A DNA stretch of 63,518 nt, filler included, from 5 parts of 5 records of this genome joined end to end with filler, not necessarily neighbours in it; one strand, 5' to 3'. Positions 18,742 to 29,185 are shown, counted from the first letter of the whole stretch. Notes: a model not told the origin generated them from the sequence alone. Numbers and translations are program-made.

Positions 18742-20181
18742 TCAGGGAACATCGGCCATAACGTACATCATGACGGCCATCGCGGCGGCGCACTGGTTCA
18801 TTTCGATTGGATCGAGTTTGTCAGGTGTATCGGCATGGGTATGATGATACCAGAAGTACCGTTCCATATCAACTTCCAGGCCCATCATGTCAACACCTTT
18901 GGCGTTCAGTTGTGAGACGTCGGCACCGCCACCGCCGACGCGGACGGTATCCGCGCCAATCGATGTGAGCAAGGCCGCCGCCGCACGCGCAATTGCATGT
19001 TTTTTGGGTGCGCCGGTAAATCCAAAGCCCGTCGGTGCAAATACCCCCGCATCACTCTCCAGGGCCAGAATGTGTGTGGAGTCGCCGTATTCTTCGGCGT
19101 AGGTCTTGGCGCCGGCCAGGCCATTTTCTTCGTTGGTCCACATTACGAGGCGTACGGACCTGCGTGGACGCAGCTTGAGTTCGCGCATCACGCTGAGGGC
19201 GCGCCAGGCGGCAAAACAGCCGCCGGCATCGTCCATGGCGCCGCTGCCTACATCCCAGGAGTCGATGTGACCGCCAAAAACGAGGACCTGATCCGGGCGT
19301 TCGCTGCCGTCGATCTGGGCAATGATATTACGTGACTTGGCGGAGTCCAGGTAGCGCGCGTCCATCTGCAGGCGGACTTTGACGGACTTGCCGCGATCGA
19401 TCCAACGCTGCATCATCAATGCATCTTCGATTGTAACTGCAGCGTGTGGAATCTTGGGAATACTGTCGATATACTGCATCACACCGGTGTGTGGCGTTTG
19501 CATCGAAAAGGGACCAACGGAACGCACCAGACTGGCGACGGCACCGACTTTGGCGGCTTCTACAGCGCCGTTAAAGCGGTAAGCCACGGTGCGGCTGTAG
19601 TTTTCGTAGACTGCATTAAAGAGCACAATTTTGCCGCGTGCTTCGTCGGCACGGGCGCGCAGTTCTTCAAAGTCTGCCACGCTGATGACTTCGGCCTCAA
19701 CGCCGCCTTCGGGCGTGCCGATGCTGCCGCCGAGTCCCAGGATGAACATCGGGCGCTCGACGGGCGCCGTCATGCTACAGGATTCGACGCCGCGAATCCA
19801 GTGCGGGACGGTAACATCCTGCGTCATGACTTTGTCAAATCCTTCTTTCTTGAGTCTGTCCACGATCCAGTCGATCGACTTTTCAAGCGCCGGTGTGCCG
19901 GAGAGGCGCGGGCCGAAGAGATCACACATGAGCGCCATATCTTCCCATGCGGTGCTATCGCGCAGAATGTGTTCGATGATTTTATCGGCGGTTTTGGCAT
20001 ATCGCTCTACAATCTTCACACTGTCACGCAGCGTATAAACGTCATCCTGTGCCATAAGGGCTGACGGCCCGGTGACAAACAAGATGGTTATGAAGGCAAG
20101 CGTGCTGCACGCGCTGCAACCGCGCTGAATGCCTGAAAATGCGATGGTCCAAAGCCTGGAAAAGGACAAAGATTGTAGCAT
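18742..20181 (-). CDS. M28-family carboxypeptidase Q-like peptidase
   Basis: GPRLSG, PHTG, GGHIDSWDVG.GAMDD, TNEENGL, HHT.ADT; signal-like N-terminus. Confidence 0.92.
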   Translation of the reverse strand: MLQSLSFSRLWTIAFSGIQRGCSACSTLAFITILFVTGPSALMAQDDVYTLRDSVKIVERYAKTADKIIEHILRDSTAWEDMALMCDLFGPRLSGTPALEKSIDWIVDRLKKEGFDKVMTQDVTVPHWIRGVESCSMTAPVERPMFILGLGGSIGTPEGGVEAEVISVADFEELRARADEARGKIVLFNAVYENYSRTVAYRFNGAVEAAKVGAVASLVRSVGPFSMQTPHTGVMQYIDSIPKIPHAAVTIEDALMMQRWIDRGKSVKVRLQMDARYLDSAKSRNIIAQIDGSERPDQVLVFGGHIDSWDVGSGAMDDAGGCFAAWRALSVMRELKLRPRRSVRLVMWTNEENGLAGAKTYAEEYGDSTHILALESDAGVFAPTGFGFTGAPKKHAIARAAAALLTSIGADTVRVGGGGADVSQLNAKGVDMMGLEVDMERYFWYHHTHADTPDKLDPIEMNQCAAAMAVMMYVMADVP

Positions 20182-20366
20182 GCCAAACTCAAGTGTAATT
20201 GCCGGGAAGACTCCGATTGTTAGGCGAATATCGCGAAAGTTTGGCAGTTAACACAACTGACGAGCTGTACAGACTAAGAGCTGACGAGTGCTGGAGTTGA
20301 GCCTGAGCGACGAGCTAAACCACGAAAATGTAGTTTGTGAACACTTTGCCTGCGAGCTGGAGAACC

Positions 20367-21386
20367 ATGAGTGACTACGCGATTTTAAAAGAGTTGATTG
20401 AAATTGACTCCCCCAGTGGGTTTACACATAATGCGGTCGATTTCCTGGAGAAATGTTTCCGCGGCTACGGTTTTGCGACGCGGCGCAGTAAAAAAGGCGC
20501 ACTGATTTGCAGCCTGAGTAGTGAGGCTCCGCGCTTGGCGCTGGCGGCACATGTAGATACACTCGGAGCGGTAGTCTCTGGATTTAAGTCAGACGGAACA
20601 CTGAAATTCTCGCCTGTCGGCGGACTTTCACTTAACGGCTTTGAAGGTGAATATCTTAGAATTCACACGATGGACGCGGGTATTATTACCGGAACACTGC
20701 TGTTAAACAACCCGTCGACACATGCAAACCGTGAAGTAGAAAAAACACAGCGCTCGCTGGATACAATGCATATTCGCGTTGACGCCGAAGTTAATTCAGC
20801 TGACGACTGCCGCAAATTAGGCATCCGAATTGGTGACATTGTTTCGTTTGACACGAGATATCAGGAAACCGAAAGCGGATATATTAAGTCGCACTTTATG
20901 GACAATAAAGCCGGCTGTTTTGTGCTGCTGGAAGTGGCACGTAGAATGTCAGAAGCAGGCCGAACGGCGCCCGTCGAATTGTTTATCAGCAATTACGAAG
21001 AGGTTGGCCACGGCGGAACTTGTCCATATGAAGAGTCGATCGACGAGCTGCTGGTGATTGACATGGGCGTTCTTGGCCAGGCTTGTGAAGGCACGGAAAC
21101 GGCCTGTTCGATTTGCGCCAAAGACAGCGGCGGCCCCTATGATTACTCAATGCGCACACGTTTAGTGCAGCTGGCCGAAGCGGCGAAAATTGAACATAAA
21201 CTGGACGTGTATCCGTATTACAGTTCGGATGGAACCGCAGCCTGGCGTGCCGGCAATGACTTCCGCGTTGGACTAATTGGCCCAGGTGTTGCCGCTTCCC
21301 ACGGAGTAGAGCGCGCGCACAAACGCGGCATTGAGGCGACGGTAGAATTGAGCCTGGCTTACATCGATGATTTTTTAAGCCGTTAA
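20367..21386 (+). CDS. M42-family metalloaminopeptidase
   Basis: SPSG, AHVDTLG, SHFMDNKAG, YEEVGHG, IDMG, ASHGVER; ATG 20367 after GGAG. Confidence 0.92.
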   Translation: MSDYAILKELIEIDSPSGFTHNAVDFLEKCFRGYGFATRRSKKGALICSLSSEAPRLALAAHVDTLGAVVSGFKSDGTLKFSPVGGLSLNGFEGEYLRIHTMDAGIITGTLLLNNPSTHANREVEKTQRSLDTMHIRVDAEVNSADDCRKLGIRIGDIVSFDTRYQETESGYIKSHFMDNKAGCFVLLEVARRMSEAGRTAPVELFISNYEEVGHGGTCPYEESIDELLVIDMGVLGQACEGTETACSICAKDSGGPYDYSMRTRLVQLAEAAKIEHKLDVYPYYSSDGTAAWRAGNDFRVGLIGPGVAASHGVERAHKRGIEATVELSLAYIDDFLSR

Positions 21387-21463
21387 ACGCTTAAGATGTC
21401 CAAAAAAAATTAACATTCCAGACCAACATCCACACACAGAATATTTTCTTAATCGGAGACAAC

Positions 21464-22165
21464 ATGCAGATCGAGGGAAGTAAAATCCTGGTAACGGGCG
21501 GAAGCCTGGGCATTGGCAAAGAAACAGCCCGCCAACTTGTTAAGTACGGCGCACAGGTAATTATTACAGGTCGCAACAAAGAGCGCATTGAGGCGGCGGC
21601 AGAAGAGATAGGTGCAATTCCGTTTCAGGCCGACGTGGCTGTTGAAGCGGACATTGACAAGACCTTTGCATTTGTGGCTGAGCAGTTTGGCAACCTGGAT
21701 TGTTTATTAAACAATGCAGGCATTGGTGGTTTTCCAATGCTGGAAGATTTCACGGCAGAAGAGTTCCACAAAGTGTTTAATGTTAATGTTCTGGGTGCGG
21801 CGCAGATGGCCCAGCGCGCTGCGGCACAAATGAAAGAGCGCAACCATGGCACGATCATTAATATTGGTTCAACTGCCGCTCTACGCGGTTTTGAGCGCGG
21901 CAGTGTCTATGCGGCTTCCAAGTTCGCTCTGCGCGGCATGACGCAGTCGTGGCAGGCAGAACTGCGCCGCCACAATGTGCGTGTAATGCAGGTTAATTTA
22001 AGTGAAGTGGCAACGGCATTTAACAATCCGTCACGCGAAGAGCGCGAGGCACAGGCCAACAAACTGCATGCATCGGATGCGGCGCAGGTGATTGTGAGTA
22101 TGCTGCAGCTGGACCAACGCGCCATGATTCCCGAAGTTCAACTGTGGGCTACAAACCCCTGGTGA
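21464..22165 (+). CDS. Short-chain dehydrogenase/reductase
   Basis: TGGSLGIG, NNAG, YAASK. Confidence 0.92.
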   Translation: MQIEGSKILVTGGSLGIGKETARQLVKYGAQVIITGRNKERIEAAAEEIGAIPFQADVAVEADIDKTFAFVAEQFGNLDCLLNNAGIGGFPMLEDFTAEEFHKVFNVNVLGAAQMAQRAAAQMKERNHGTIINIGSTAALRGFERGSVYAASKFALRGMTQSWQAELRRHNVRVMQVNLSEVATAFNNPSREEREAQANKLHASDAAQVIVSMLQLDQRAMIPEVQLWATNPW

Positions 22166-22254
22166 GACTGGCCGGCAGGACTGGCCGGTGGGACTGCCCC
22201 GCAGTCGGCACCTGACGTGCTGCGCTTGAGTTGAAGTTTGCAGAAATAGACGGC

Positions 22255-22299
22255 AAAAAAAAACGGTCGCTAGTTTCCATTTGGGAGACTAGCGACCGT
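22255..22299 (-). terminator. Rho-independent terminator between convergent genes
   Basis: A9-CGGTCGCTAGT...ACTAGCGACCGT hairpin; U-tract on the minus strand. Confidence 0.8.
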
Positions 22300-22327
22300 G
22301 GTCTTTTAAAGCGTTGTGGTTTGCAGT

Positions 22328-23269
22328 TTAAGCCAGATGCGCATGTTGATTGTGGACGGACAGATTCCGGTTTACGTCGCTTTGCGCAGGTCCGGCGCGT
22401 TTGGCGGGACGTAAGATTGAGGCGGCGCGCATAGAGCTTGTGTTAATCTGTGCCGCACGCGGCTGCAGGTTAAACGAGCGGCGCACGCGTGAAGGCTGAG
22501 CTGATGCCGCCAGGCCAATCGCGGAAGCGCCGGATTTGGAATTGAGGTCGGCGTCAGCGTCGCATTCAAATTGCAAGCTGAGAGACTTGAGCGTTGTGCG
22601 GAGATCGCGTGCCGCGTAGACTAAATCCTGACGCACAGGAGTGCTGCGCAGCGAGAGCAGCGAGTCATCTACATCAACGTCACTGGACTGCACGTTGCCG
22701 CTGTCTGCGAACATTTCAATCAGCGTATCTGCCGGATCGGCACTCAAGTGCAGGCCATCGCGCGCAAAGTCGTTTGAGCCGCTGATGCCAATCGTGAGGC
22801 CGACAAAGATCAGCATTGCAACACCGGTGCTGGAGTATGCCATTTGGCTCGGCGTGGCTTCGCGCACAAAGTCGATGGCGCGCATGTACCAGGGGCGTGC
22901 GCGCGCATCGAGGCGTTGATTGATTCCGACCAGGAGATTTGGGTCCAGCTCCAGCATGTCTTCTTCAAACTTAAGAGCGCTGGGCAAGTGTTCCAGGGTC
23001 GTGCGAGCACAGTTATAACGTTCGGCTGAGCCAAATTCGCGCAGGGCAAATTCTTGTTCCGCCTGGCTAAGGCCAGCAAAGTCGGAACGCTGCAGCAGTT
23101 TTTCCAGGTCGTATGTATTTGGGTTCATATTCATGTCATCAAGTGCATAAGGTGCATTGTTTCGCGTAGATTGCGATGCTTTGCCAATTTTCTGTGAGCG
23201 GCCGATAGATTCACGTGCTGAGCCCGGCGTCTGTGCGGGTCTGTCCTGGGGAGTGCGAGGTTTTTTCAT
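22328..23269 (-). CDS. Putative membrane-anchored anti-sigma factor
   Basis: Start overlaps ECF stop (ATGA); helical N-terminal domain (DLEKLLQRSDF..LS..EQEF), one TM helix; start could be ~23135. Confidence 0.55.
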   Translation of the reverse strand: MKKPRTPQDRPAQTPGSARESIGRSQKIGKASQSTRNNAPYALDDMNMNPNTYDLEKLLQRSDFAGLSQAEQEFALREFGSAERYNCARTTLEHLPSALKFEEDMLELDPNLLVGINQRLDARARPWYMRAIDFVREATPSQMAYSSTGVAMLIFVGLTIGISGSNDFARDGLHLSADPADTLIEMFADSGNVQSSDVDVDDSLLSLRSTPVRQDLVYAARDLRTTLKSLSLQFECDADADLNSKSGASAIGLAASAQPSRVRRSFNLQPRAAQINTSSMRAASILRPAKRAGPAQSDVNRNLSVHNQHAHLA

Positions 23270-23832
23270 ACCGGCCTATAGTCCTCCAGCGCTCCGGAGA
23301 GCCGCTTGATTGTGTAATGCAGGCGCGATTTGACTGTGCCTTCGGGGCACTCCAGTATTTCACTGATTTCGCGGATGCTGAACTGTTCTTTATAGCGCAG
23401 GAGGAAGCAGGTGCGCTGCATTTCATCCAGGCCGTGCAGTTCGCGATCCAGCGCGTGCATAAACTGCTGTTGTTCTACATATCCGTCGCTACTGACGGCC
23501 GCACAGGGCATGGTGTCCAGGTCGTGCCCGGCTTCCATGTTACGGCGGACATTGAGGCGGCGGTATTCGTTTTTGCACATGTTATATGCAACGGAGAACA
23601 GCCAGGTAGAGAAGCGTTTGCTGGAGTCAAAGCGCTGCGGTTTTTCGGCGATTTTGAGGAAGAGGTCCTGCAGGAAGTCGCTGGCCTTTTCTTCATCGCG
23701 ATTGAGCATACGCAGGAAGTAGTGATACATTCTGCGTGCGTGCCTGCGGTACAACTCGTTGAACGCGGGTCTTGCGCCGCGGGCGAGTCGAGTCATCAGT
23801 TCTTCATCACTGCTATCGTGCAGTTCGTTCAT
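23266..23832 (-). CDS. ECF RNA polymerase sigma-70 factor
   Basis: SDEELM, AFNELY, DFLQDLF, FSTWLFSVAYN, EISEILECPEGTVKSRLHY. Confidence 0.93.
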   Translation of the reverse strand: MNELHDSSDEELMTRLARGARPAFNELYRRHARRMYHYFLRMLNRDEEKASDFLQDLFLKIAEKPQRFDSSKRFSTWLFSVAYNMCKNEYRRLNVRRNMEAGHDLDTMPCAAVSSDGYVEQQQFMHALDRELHGLDEMQRTCFLLRYKEQFSIREISEILECPEGTVKSRLHYTIKRLSGALEDYRPV

Positions 23833-23888
23833 GCGCCAACCTGTTTTTACGTTGGAATGCAAGGTTCGTCAATGTGTCTTCAGGGCCT

Positions 23889-23915
23889 TATACACGAGGA
23901 ATGCGGATAGGTTCA
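23889..23915 (-). promoter_or_regulatory. Candidate autoregulatory ECF promoter
   Basis: Minus strand reads TGAACCT-N15-GTATA about 60 nt upstream of the ECF start; GAAC -35 is typical of ECF promoters. Confidence 0.45.
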
Positions 23916-24428
23916 GTCAAAATTCAGTTTTTTTGGGTTTTAGCTGATTTTTTTTGTCGAGTGCAATAAACGGGTAGCTGGAAAAGCCTCGTTCAGCAGC
24001 ATTTTTGCCAAAATCTTGGAAATATGCGCGAATCCCAACGAGGCCTGCAATGTGCCGACCGACTACAATTGGAAACGAATATCGGCTGGAAAACAGATTG
24101 GTGGTATAGTGCGATATCAAACTACACTGAAGTGAGCTATTTTTGAGAGTGGAATCGGATCAATGCAGTGTATCTGAATTGAATTGTGGTGTTTGAAGGC
24201 AAATGTCCGCCGAAAATACGACTGTCAATAAATGGCTGTCAATAAGATTCTTGCCCAGTAAGTTCCCACTGGGTGCAAAAGCTGTTGCGCAAGCTTCAAG
24301 GAAAAATCTGGACTATAACACGAAACAAGAACTGGAGCTTGCACTCCGTCCTTGTTTAAATTGCGGGCCTGAATATTATCTATACGCCGACAGTTGAATA
24401 GTATTTAACTTTCGTACGCGTAGGCAAT

Positions 24429-24653
24429 TTAGCTTTTTTTCGATTGCAGCTTTTGCATGATGTTAATCACTTCTGGTCTTTTTTTGTTCAAGCGTGTCTC
24501 CACTCTGTTGAGCAATTCTTCTTCTTTGCCAGTCTCAAATTTCAAATCTGAATCTGTCAATTGTGCGAACTGCGTTTTAAGTTGTCTTGATTGCTCTGGC
24601 CAGTTTCCAACAACTTTAAATTGACTGGTTTTCTTAACATCTGGGGTATTCAT
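24429..24653 (-). CDS. CsbD-like general stress protein
   Basis: GNWPEQSRQLKTQFAQLTDSDL.F..GKEEELLNRVETRL. Confidence 0.85.
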   Translation of the reverse strand: MNTPDVKKTSQFKVVGNWPEQSRQLKTQFAQLTDSDLKFETGKEEELLNRVETRLNKKRPEVINIMQKLQSKKS

Positions 24654-24754
24654 AATCTGTCCCTCCGGTTTTTGTAGTAGTAGTTATTTAGAAGTACAAT
24701 CTACCGATTTCGGGCTATAAACTGTTACACTTTTGAATGTATAATGTGCATAAA

Positions 24755-25312
24755 TCACATGTTTTCAATTTCGGTTCTATCTAGCTGCAGCGTCTTGTAA
24801 ATCGTGGGTGTCTGGCCGGTAACCTTCTTAAACTGCCTGGACAAGTGTGCCACACTGCTATAATTCAGCAGATACGAAATCTCCGTGAGGCTAAGCTCAT
24901 TGTAAGCCAGTAATTCTTTAACTTTTTCAATTTTGTGGATGATGATAAATTGCTGTAGCGTTATGCCTTTTACCGCAGAAAATACGTTCGAAAGATAGGT
25001 GTAATTGCAACCCATCTTTTTTGCAATGTACTCGGAATATTTTACGCGCGGCAAATTGCCGGCATGGTGTATCATCCGAATAACGACATTTTTTACTCTC
25101 TCTACCAGGACATCTCTTTTATTGTCCAGAATCACTAATCCCGAACGGGCTAGCCTCTTACGCAACTCATTTATTTGTATTGGAGTTAGATCCTGCAGAA
25201 ACTCAACTACACCCAGGAATACGGATGCGTTTGCGATTCCCATTAAACGAAGTTCATCTTCAACCAGCAGTTTACACCGCCGGCTAACCATGAACTTGAT
25301 ATACAACTTCAT
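24755..25312 (-). CDS. AraC-family transcriptional regulator (Bacteroidota type)
   Basis: MKLYIKFMVSRRC, YTYLSNVFS, LSLTEIS..LNYSSVAHLSRQFKKVTG.TP. Confidence 0.92.
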   Translation of the reverse strand: MKLYIKFMVSRRCKLLVEDELRLMGIANASVFLGVVEFLQDLTPIQINELRKRLARSGLVILDNKRDVLVERVKNVVIRMIHHAGNLPRVKYSEYIAKKMGCNYTYLSNVFSAVKGITLQQFIIIHKIEKVKELLAYNELSLTEISYLLNYSSVAHLSRQFKKVTGQTPTIYKTLQLDRTEIENM

Positions 25313-25734
25313 GTATTCTTCTCATTCTATAGTTTTAGGAAATTGGGCATACAACCTCCTGATATCAGTAAATATTCTTTCTCAATTGGCAGCATAATCA
25401 ATCTGTAGTTACTCATTGCAATTCTCCCAAATAATAATTCAACATCAAACGATTAAACAAGCAGAAAATCAATAACATTGATTAGAGCAAGCTCGCGAAT
25501 CATAATAGACAATCCGGAGTCTAATAACTAACTAATTCTATGGTGCCCGATTAGTAGCCGGCACAAATGAATGATCGTAACAGAAGAAGGTAGGCAAAAC
25601 GTGTCGCAAGCTGTAGATCCTTCCGTGGCGGGAAGAACTCACAGCCTGCGATATCTTGTCGAACTGATATCAAGTGGCCTGTTCTATCATCATTAGAACT
25701 GCCGGGCCATTGCTTTTGATGCACAGGCAAGCGC

Positions 25735-27012
25735 TTAGTCAGTCAAGGGCGGTAGAATCGTGGTACGCACCTCACCAAAACCAATGCGCACGCCATCCTT
25801 ACGACAGGTACCGCGCATGACGACCGTGTCGTGATCATTGATGAATTTGCGCTGCGTGCCGTCCGGCATGTCGAGTGGTTTGCTGCCGCGCCAGGAAAGC
25901 TCGAGCATCGAGCCGTATGAATCCGGCGTTGGCCCGCTGATTGTACCGCTCGCATACATGTCACCGGCGCGAACATTACAGCCGTTGACGGTTTGGTGCG
26001 TCAGCTGCTGGGCCATGTTCCAGTACATGTGTTTGAAGTTGGAGCGGCAGACGCGGTGTTCACCAAATGTTTCATTCGCAATGTAAACATCCAGTTCGAT
26101 ATCAATGTTGCGCTCCCCTGCTGTTTGCAGGTAGGGCAACACCGGGACGTCTTGCTCAGGTCCGGCAACGCGGAAGGGCTCAAGTGCGTCCAGCGTCACC
26201 ACCCAGGCTGAGATCGAACTGGCGAAACTCTTTGCAAGAAATGGTCCGAGCGGCACGTATTCCCACTTTTGGACATCGCGGGCCGACCAGTCATTAAACA
26301 GCACCATCCCAAAGATGTGATCTTCGGCTTCGGCGGCTGGAATGCTGTGCCCCAGGCCTTTGCCATTTCCAGTGATAAAGGCCATTTCCAACTCAAAGTC
26401 GAGCAGACGCGTTGGCCCAAAAACTGGCGGCTCTTCATCGTTTGGACGAGTTTGGCCCAGCGGACGATTAACATCTTGTCCTGATACGATGATTGAGGAG
26501 GCACGCCCGTGATAACCGACCGGCAAGTGTTTCCAGTTCGGCAGGAGGGCGTTGTTTGGATCGCGGAACATAGTCCCGACATTAGTCGCGTGTTCGATAC
26601 TCGAATAGAAGTCGGTGTAGTCACCAACAGCAACGGGCATCAATATTTTTAGATCTGCCAAGGGCATCAGAGCATTGGCGCGCAATTCTGTGTTATCGCG
26701 TAGTTCGGCGTTGTCATGTCGCAGCAATTCGGATACGCGGCCACGCAGCTTGCGCCAGGCGTCTTTGCCTTTAGTCAGAACCTGATTGATGTTTTCCGCC
26801 GCAAAGTCGGAAAGCGCATATTCGGCCAGGTTTAGCAGGCCACCTTTTTGGAGCGCGGTCAGGTTCAGGGCCATATCACCGATTCGTACGGCAACTGTGG
26901 CGGCACCGGAATCGGTTTCGACGGCACCAAAGGGCAGATTCTGAATCGGAAAATCGCTGTCGGCGGGCACATCCACCCAGGAACGGAGCGCGGGGTCGTT
27001 AGCTGCGAGCAT
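25735..27012 (-). CDS. fahA: Fumarylacetoacetase
   Basis: SDFPIQNLPFG, GDYTDFYSSIEHATNVG, PVGYHGRASS, LDFELE, NDWSARD, WEYVPLGPF. Confidence 0.95.
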   Translation of the reverse strand: MLAANDPALRSWVDVPADSDFPIQNLPFGAVETDSGAATVAVRIGDMALNLTALQKGGLLNLAEYALSDFAAENINQVLTKGKDAWRKLRGRVSELLRHDNAELRDNTELRANALMPLADLKILMPVAVGDYTDFYSSIEHATNVGTMFRDPNNALLPNWKHLPVGYHGRASSIIVSGQDVNRPLGQTRPNDEEPPVFGPTRLLDFELEMAFITGNGKGLGHSIPAAEAEDHIFGMVLFNDWSARDVQKWEYVPLGPFLAKSFASSISAWVVTLDALEPFRVAGPEQDVPVLPYLQTAGERNIDIELDVYIANETFGEHRVCRSNFKHMYWNMAQQLTHQTVNGCNVRAGDMYASGTISGPTPDSYGSMLELSWRGSKPLDMPDGTQRKFINDHDTVVMRGTCRKDGVRIGFGEVRTTILPPLTD

Positions 27013-27904
27013 AATACTCCTAGAATTTCGATGTAGGTACGCAGAGCAAGTTCAAACATTTGCATTTCAAGGTCTCATGTACGAATCGGACTAGCCCTGA
27101 TTGTTTGCCTGATCAGCTAAATTTCTCCACGCGCTTACATTCGTCCTTCTTGTTGGCCTGGCGGGGCCTGAGGCTTGAGCACTTCGCCGTGCGCCGATGG
27201 CTTTCCGGCTTGTTTTTTGCTTTTGTTTTGCACTGAGTGTATCGAGTCGATTCGCGCATTCTGTGCGAAGTCAGCGCCTGCTTTAGTTCTCCAGCTTGTT
27301 TACGAGTGTTGTGTACATCTATCTATATGCTCAGGGCCATTCCGGGGAGCCTGTCATCTCCCCTTCTTACGGCCTTTCTATTGTTGTCTGTTTGTCACTA
27401 CTGTTGGGTCGCTACTGTTGGGCTGTGGGTAGTGTGGCAGCATGACTGATTCAGCGCCGCTCCACCCGCTTACTGATACAAGTCTACAACACCTTTTGCT
27501 GAATTCAAGCTGCTAAAAGCTGAACGGCCGGTAATCTATGGTTAAACGTCCCGCAGAGCCGTACAAGCGGTCAGAATTGATTTGTGGTTTGCAGGAATTG
27601 CGGCAAAGAGAATAGCCCATTTTCTGTCTGAGGTACATTGCTCAGCGGCTTCAATAATATGAGTCTGTATTATTTACGGCTTGTGGTGCAATGCCTAACA
27701 AAAGAAAACCACGTAAGCCACTGTAGCTAAATGTTTAAAACTTGACGGGATGGACAATCGAAGACGCTAAGGGGCGAAGCGCTCATGGTCTCAGGTTGCG
27801 GGTGCGGAGTGTCGTGTGGTGCAAAAAGATTAGGCGGTCGGTAAACGGTTATGTGCGGCCAGTGTAGCTGTTTTAGCGGTCATAGAACTATTCGGAAATC
27901 CTTT

Positions 27905-27946
27905 AAAAAAACAACGGGCCACGCATTGCTGCATGGCCCGTTTTTA
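27905..27946. terminator. Terminator-like hairpin near contig end
   Basis: A-tract, AACGGGCCA...TGGCCCGTT, T-tract. Confidence 0.6.
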
Positions 27947-27995
27947 TCTCAAAGCTTAATCTGAGTCGCTTGCTTACGGTACCTGAGTGGCACGG

Positions 27996-28095
27996 NNNNN
28001 NNNNNNNNNNNNNNNNNNNNNNNNNNNNNNNNNNNNNNNTTAATTAATTAANNNNNNNNNNNNNNNNNNNNNNNNNNNNNNNNNNNNNNNNNNNN
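27996..28095. other. Artificial contig linker
   Basis: N44-TTAATTAATTAA-N44 (stops in all frames); composition changes across it. Confidence 0.99.
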
Positions 28096-28153
28096 TGGCA
28101 AAAATACTCCCGCCGGAGGCGTCCCGTCCCATGCCACACAGACCACGTCAGCC

Positions 28154-29185
28154 ATGACCGCACAGCGCATCAACCTCGCCCTTCAGGGTGGCGGCGCGCA
28201 TGGTGCCTTCACCTGGGGCGTCCTGGATCGGTTGTTACAGGAACCGACGATCGAGATCGCAGCCATGTCCGGCACCTCGGCAGGGGCGCTCAACGGGGCG
28301 GCGGTCAAGGCGGGTCTCAGCCAGGGCAGCCGCGACCTGGCGCGCGAGAACCTCGCCTGGTTGTGGGAACAGATGGGGGCGGTCACGGACGAGCGGTTCA
28401 GCGCCTGGCTTGGGGCGGTATCACCGCTCGCCATCAGCCACTGGATCGAAACCTCGCTGCCCTTCGCCATCGGTGACGCGGTCAGCCGCATGGTCAGCCC
28501 CTATAGCTATGGCCCCTTCTTCGGCAATCCGCTGAAACCCATTGTCGACAAATTCCACTATGAAAACATCTGCTGCGCAGAGGGCCCTGATTTCTATGTC
28601 TGCGCCACCAATGTGCGCACCGGAAAAATCCGTGTGTTCGGCGGCGACGAGATCGGCACCAAGCCGCTTCTGGCCTCGGCTTGCCTTCCAACGCTGTTCA
28701 AGGCCGTGGAAATCGAGGATCGCGAAACCGGCCAGAGCGAGGCCTATTGGGACGGCGGCTATACCGGCAATCCTGCGCTGTTCCCGCTGTTCGAACCGCA
28801 TTTGCCCGACGATATCCTGATCATCAACATCAACCCGCTGATCCGCCACGATATCCCGACCACTGCGCGCGCCATTCAGAACCGCGTGAACGAGGTCAGT
28901 TTCAACGCCTCGCTACTCAGCGAATTGCGCGCGATCCGCTTCGTCCAGCGTCTGCTGGCAGAAGGCGCGCTGAACCCCGGCAGCATGAAAAACGTGCTGG
29001 TCCACATGATTGCCGATGACGCATTGATGCGGCAGCTTTCGGTTGCCACCAAGGTCGTGCCGGTGCCGCAGGTTTTGCACCAGCTGTTTGAATCCGGATC
29101 TGCGGCCTGCGATGCGTTCCTTTCCGCCCATGGTGATCAGATCGGCAGCGAAAGCAGCGCTGACCTGGCCGCGATGTTCGACTGA
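28154..29185 (+). CDS. Patatin-like phospholipase family protein
   Basis: GGGAHG, GTSAG, ASACLP, WDGG. Confidence 0.92.
   Translation: MTAQRINLALQGGGAHGAFTWGVLDRLLQEPTIEIAAMSGTSAGALNGAAVKAGLSQGSRDLARENLAWLWEQMGAVTDERFSAWLGAVSPLAISHWIETSLPFAIGDAVSRMVSPYSYGPFFGNPLKPIVDKFHYENICCAEGPDFYVCATNVRTGKIRVFGGDEIGTKPLLASACLPTLFKAVEIEDRETGQSEAYWDGGYTGNPALFPLFEPHLPDDILIININPLIRHDIPTTARAIQNRVNEVSFNASLLSELRAIRFVQRLLAEGALNPGSMKNVLVHMIADDALMRQLSVATKVVPVPQVLHQLFESGSAACDAFLSAHGDQIGSESSADLAAMFD

Noticed and set aside
20257-20316. Recurrent GACGAG(C/T) words upstream of the M42 peptidase
   Set aside because: Irregular spacing and short length; not distinguishable from chance
22166-22198. Short tandem repeat GACTGGCCGG x2.5 after the SDR stop
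   Set aside because: Too short; likely slippage with no evident function
24203-24397. 64-aa ORF faintly like an SDR C-terminus (FPLGAKAVAQ)
   Set aside because: Too short and weak to support a gene or pseudogene call by eye
28096-28128. AAATACTCCCGCCGGAGGC at contig 2 start, reminiscent of a Rhodobacteraceae intergenic repeat
   Set aside because: Only one truncated copy in the window, so repeat status cannot be shown
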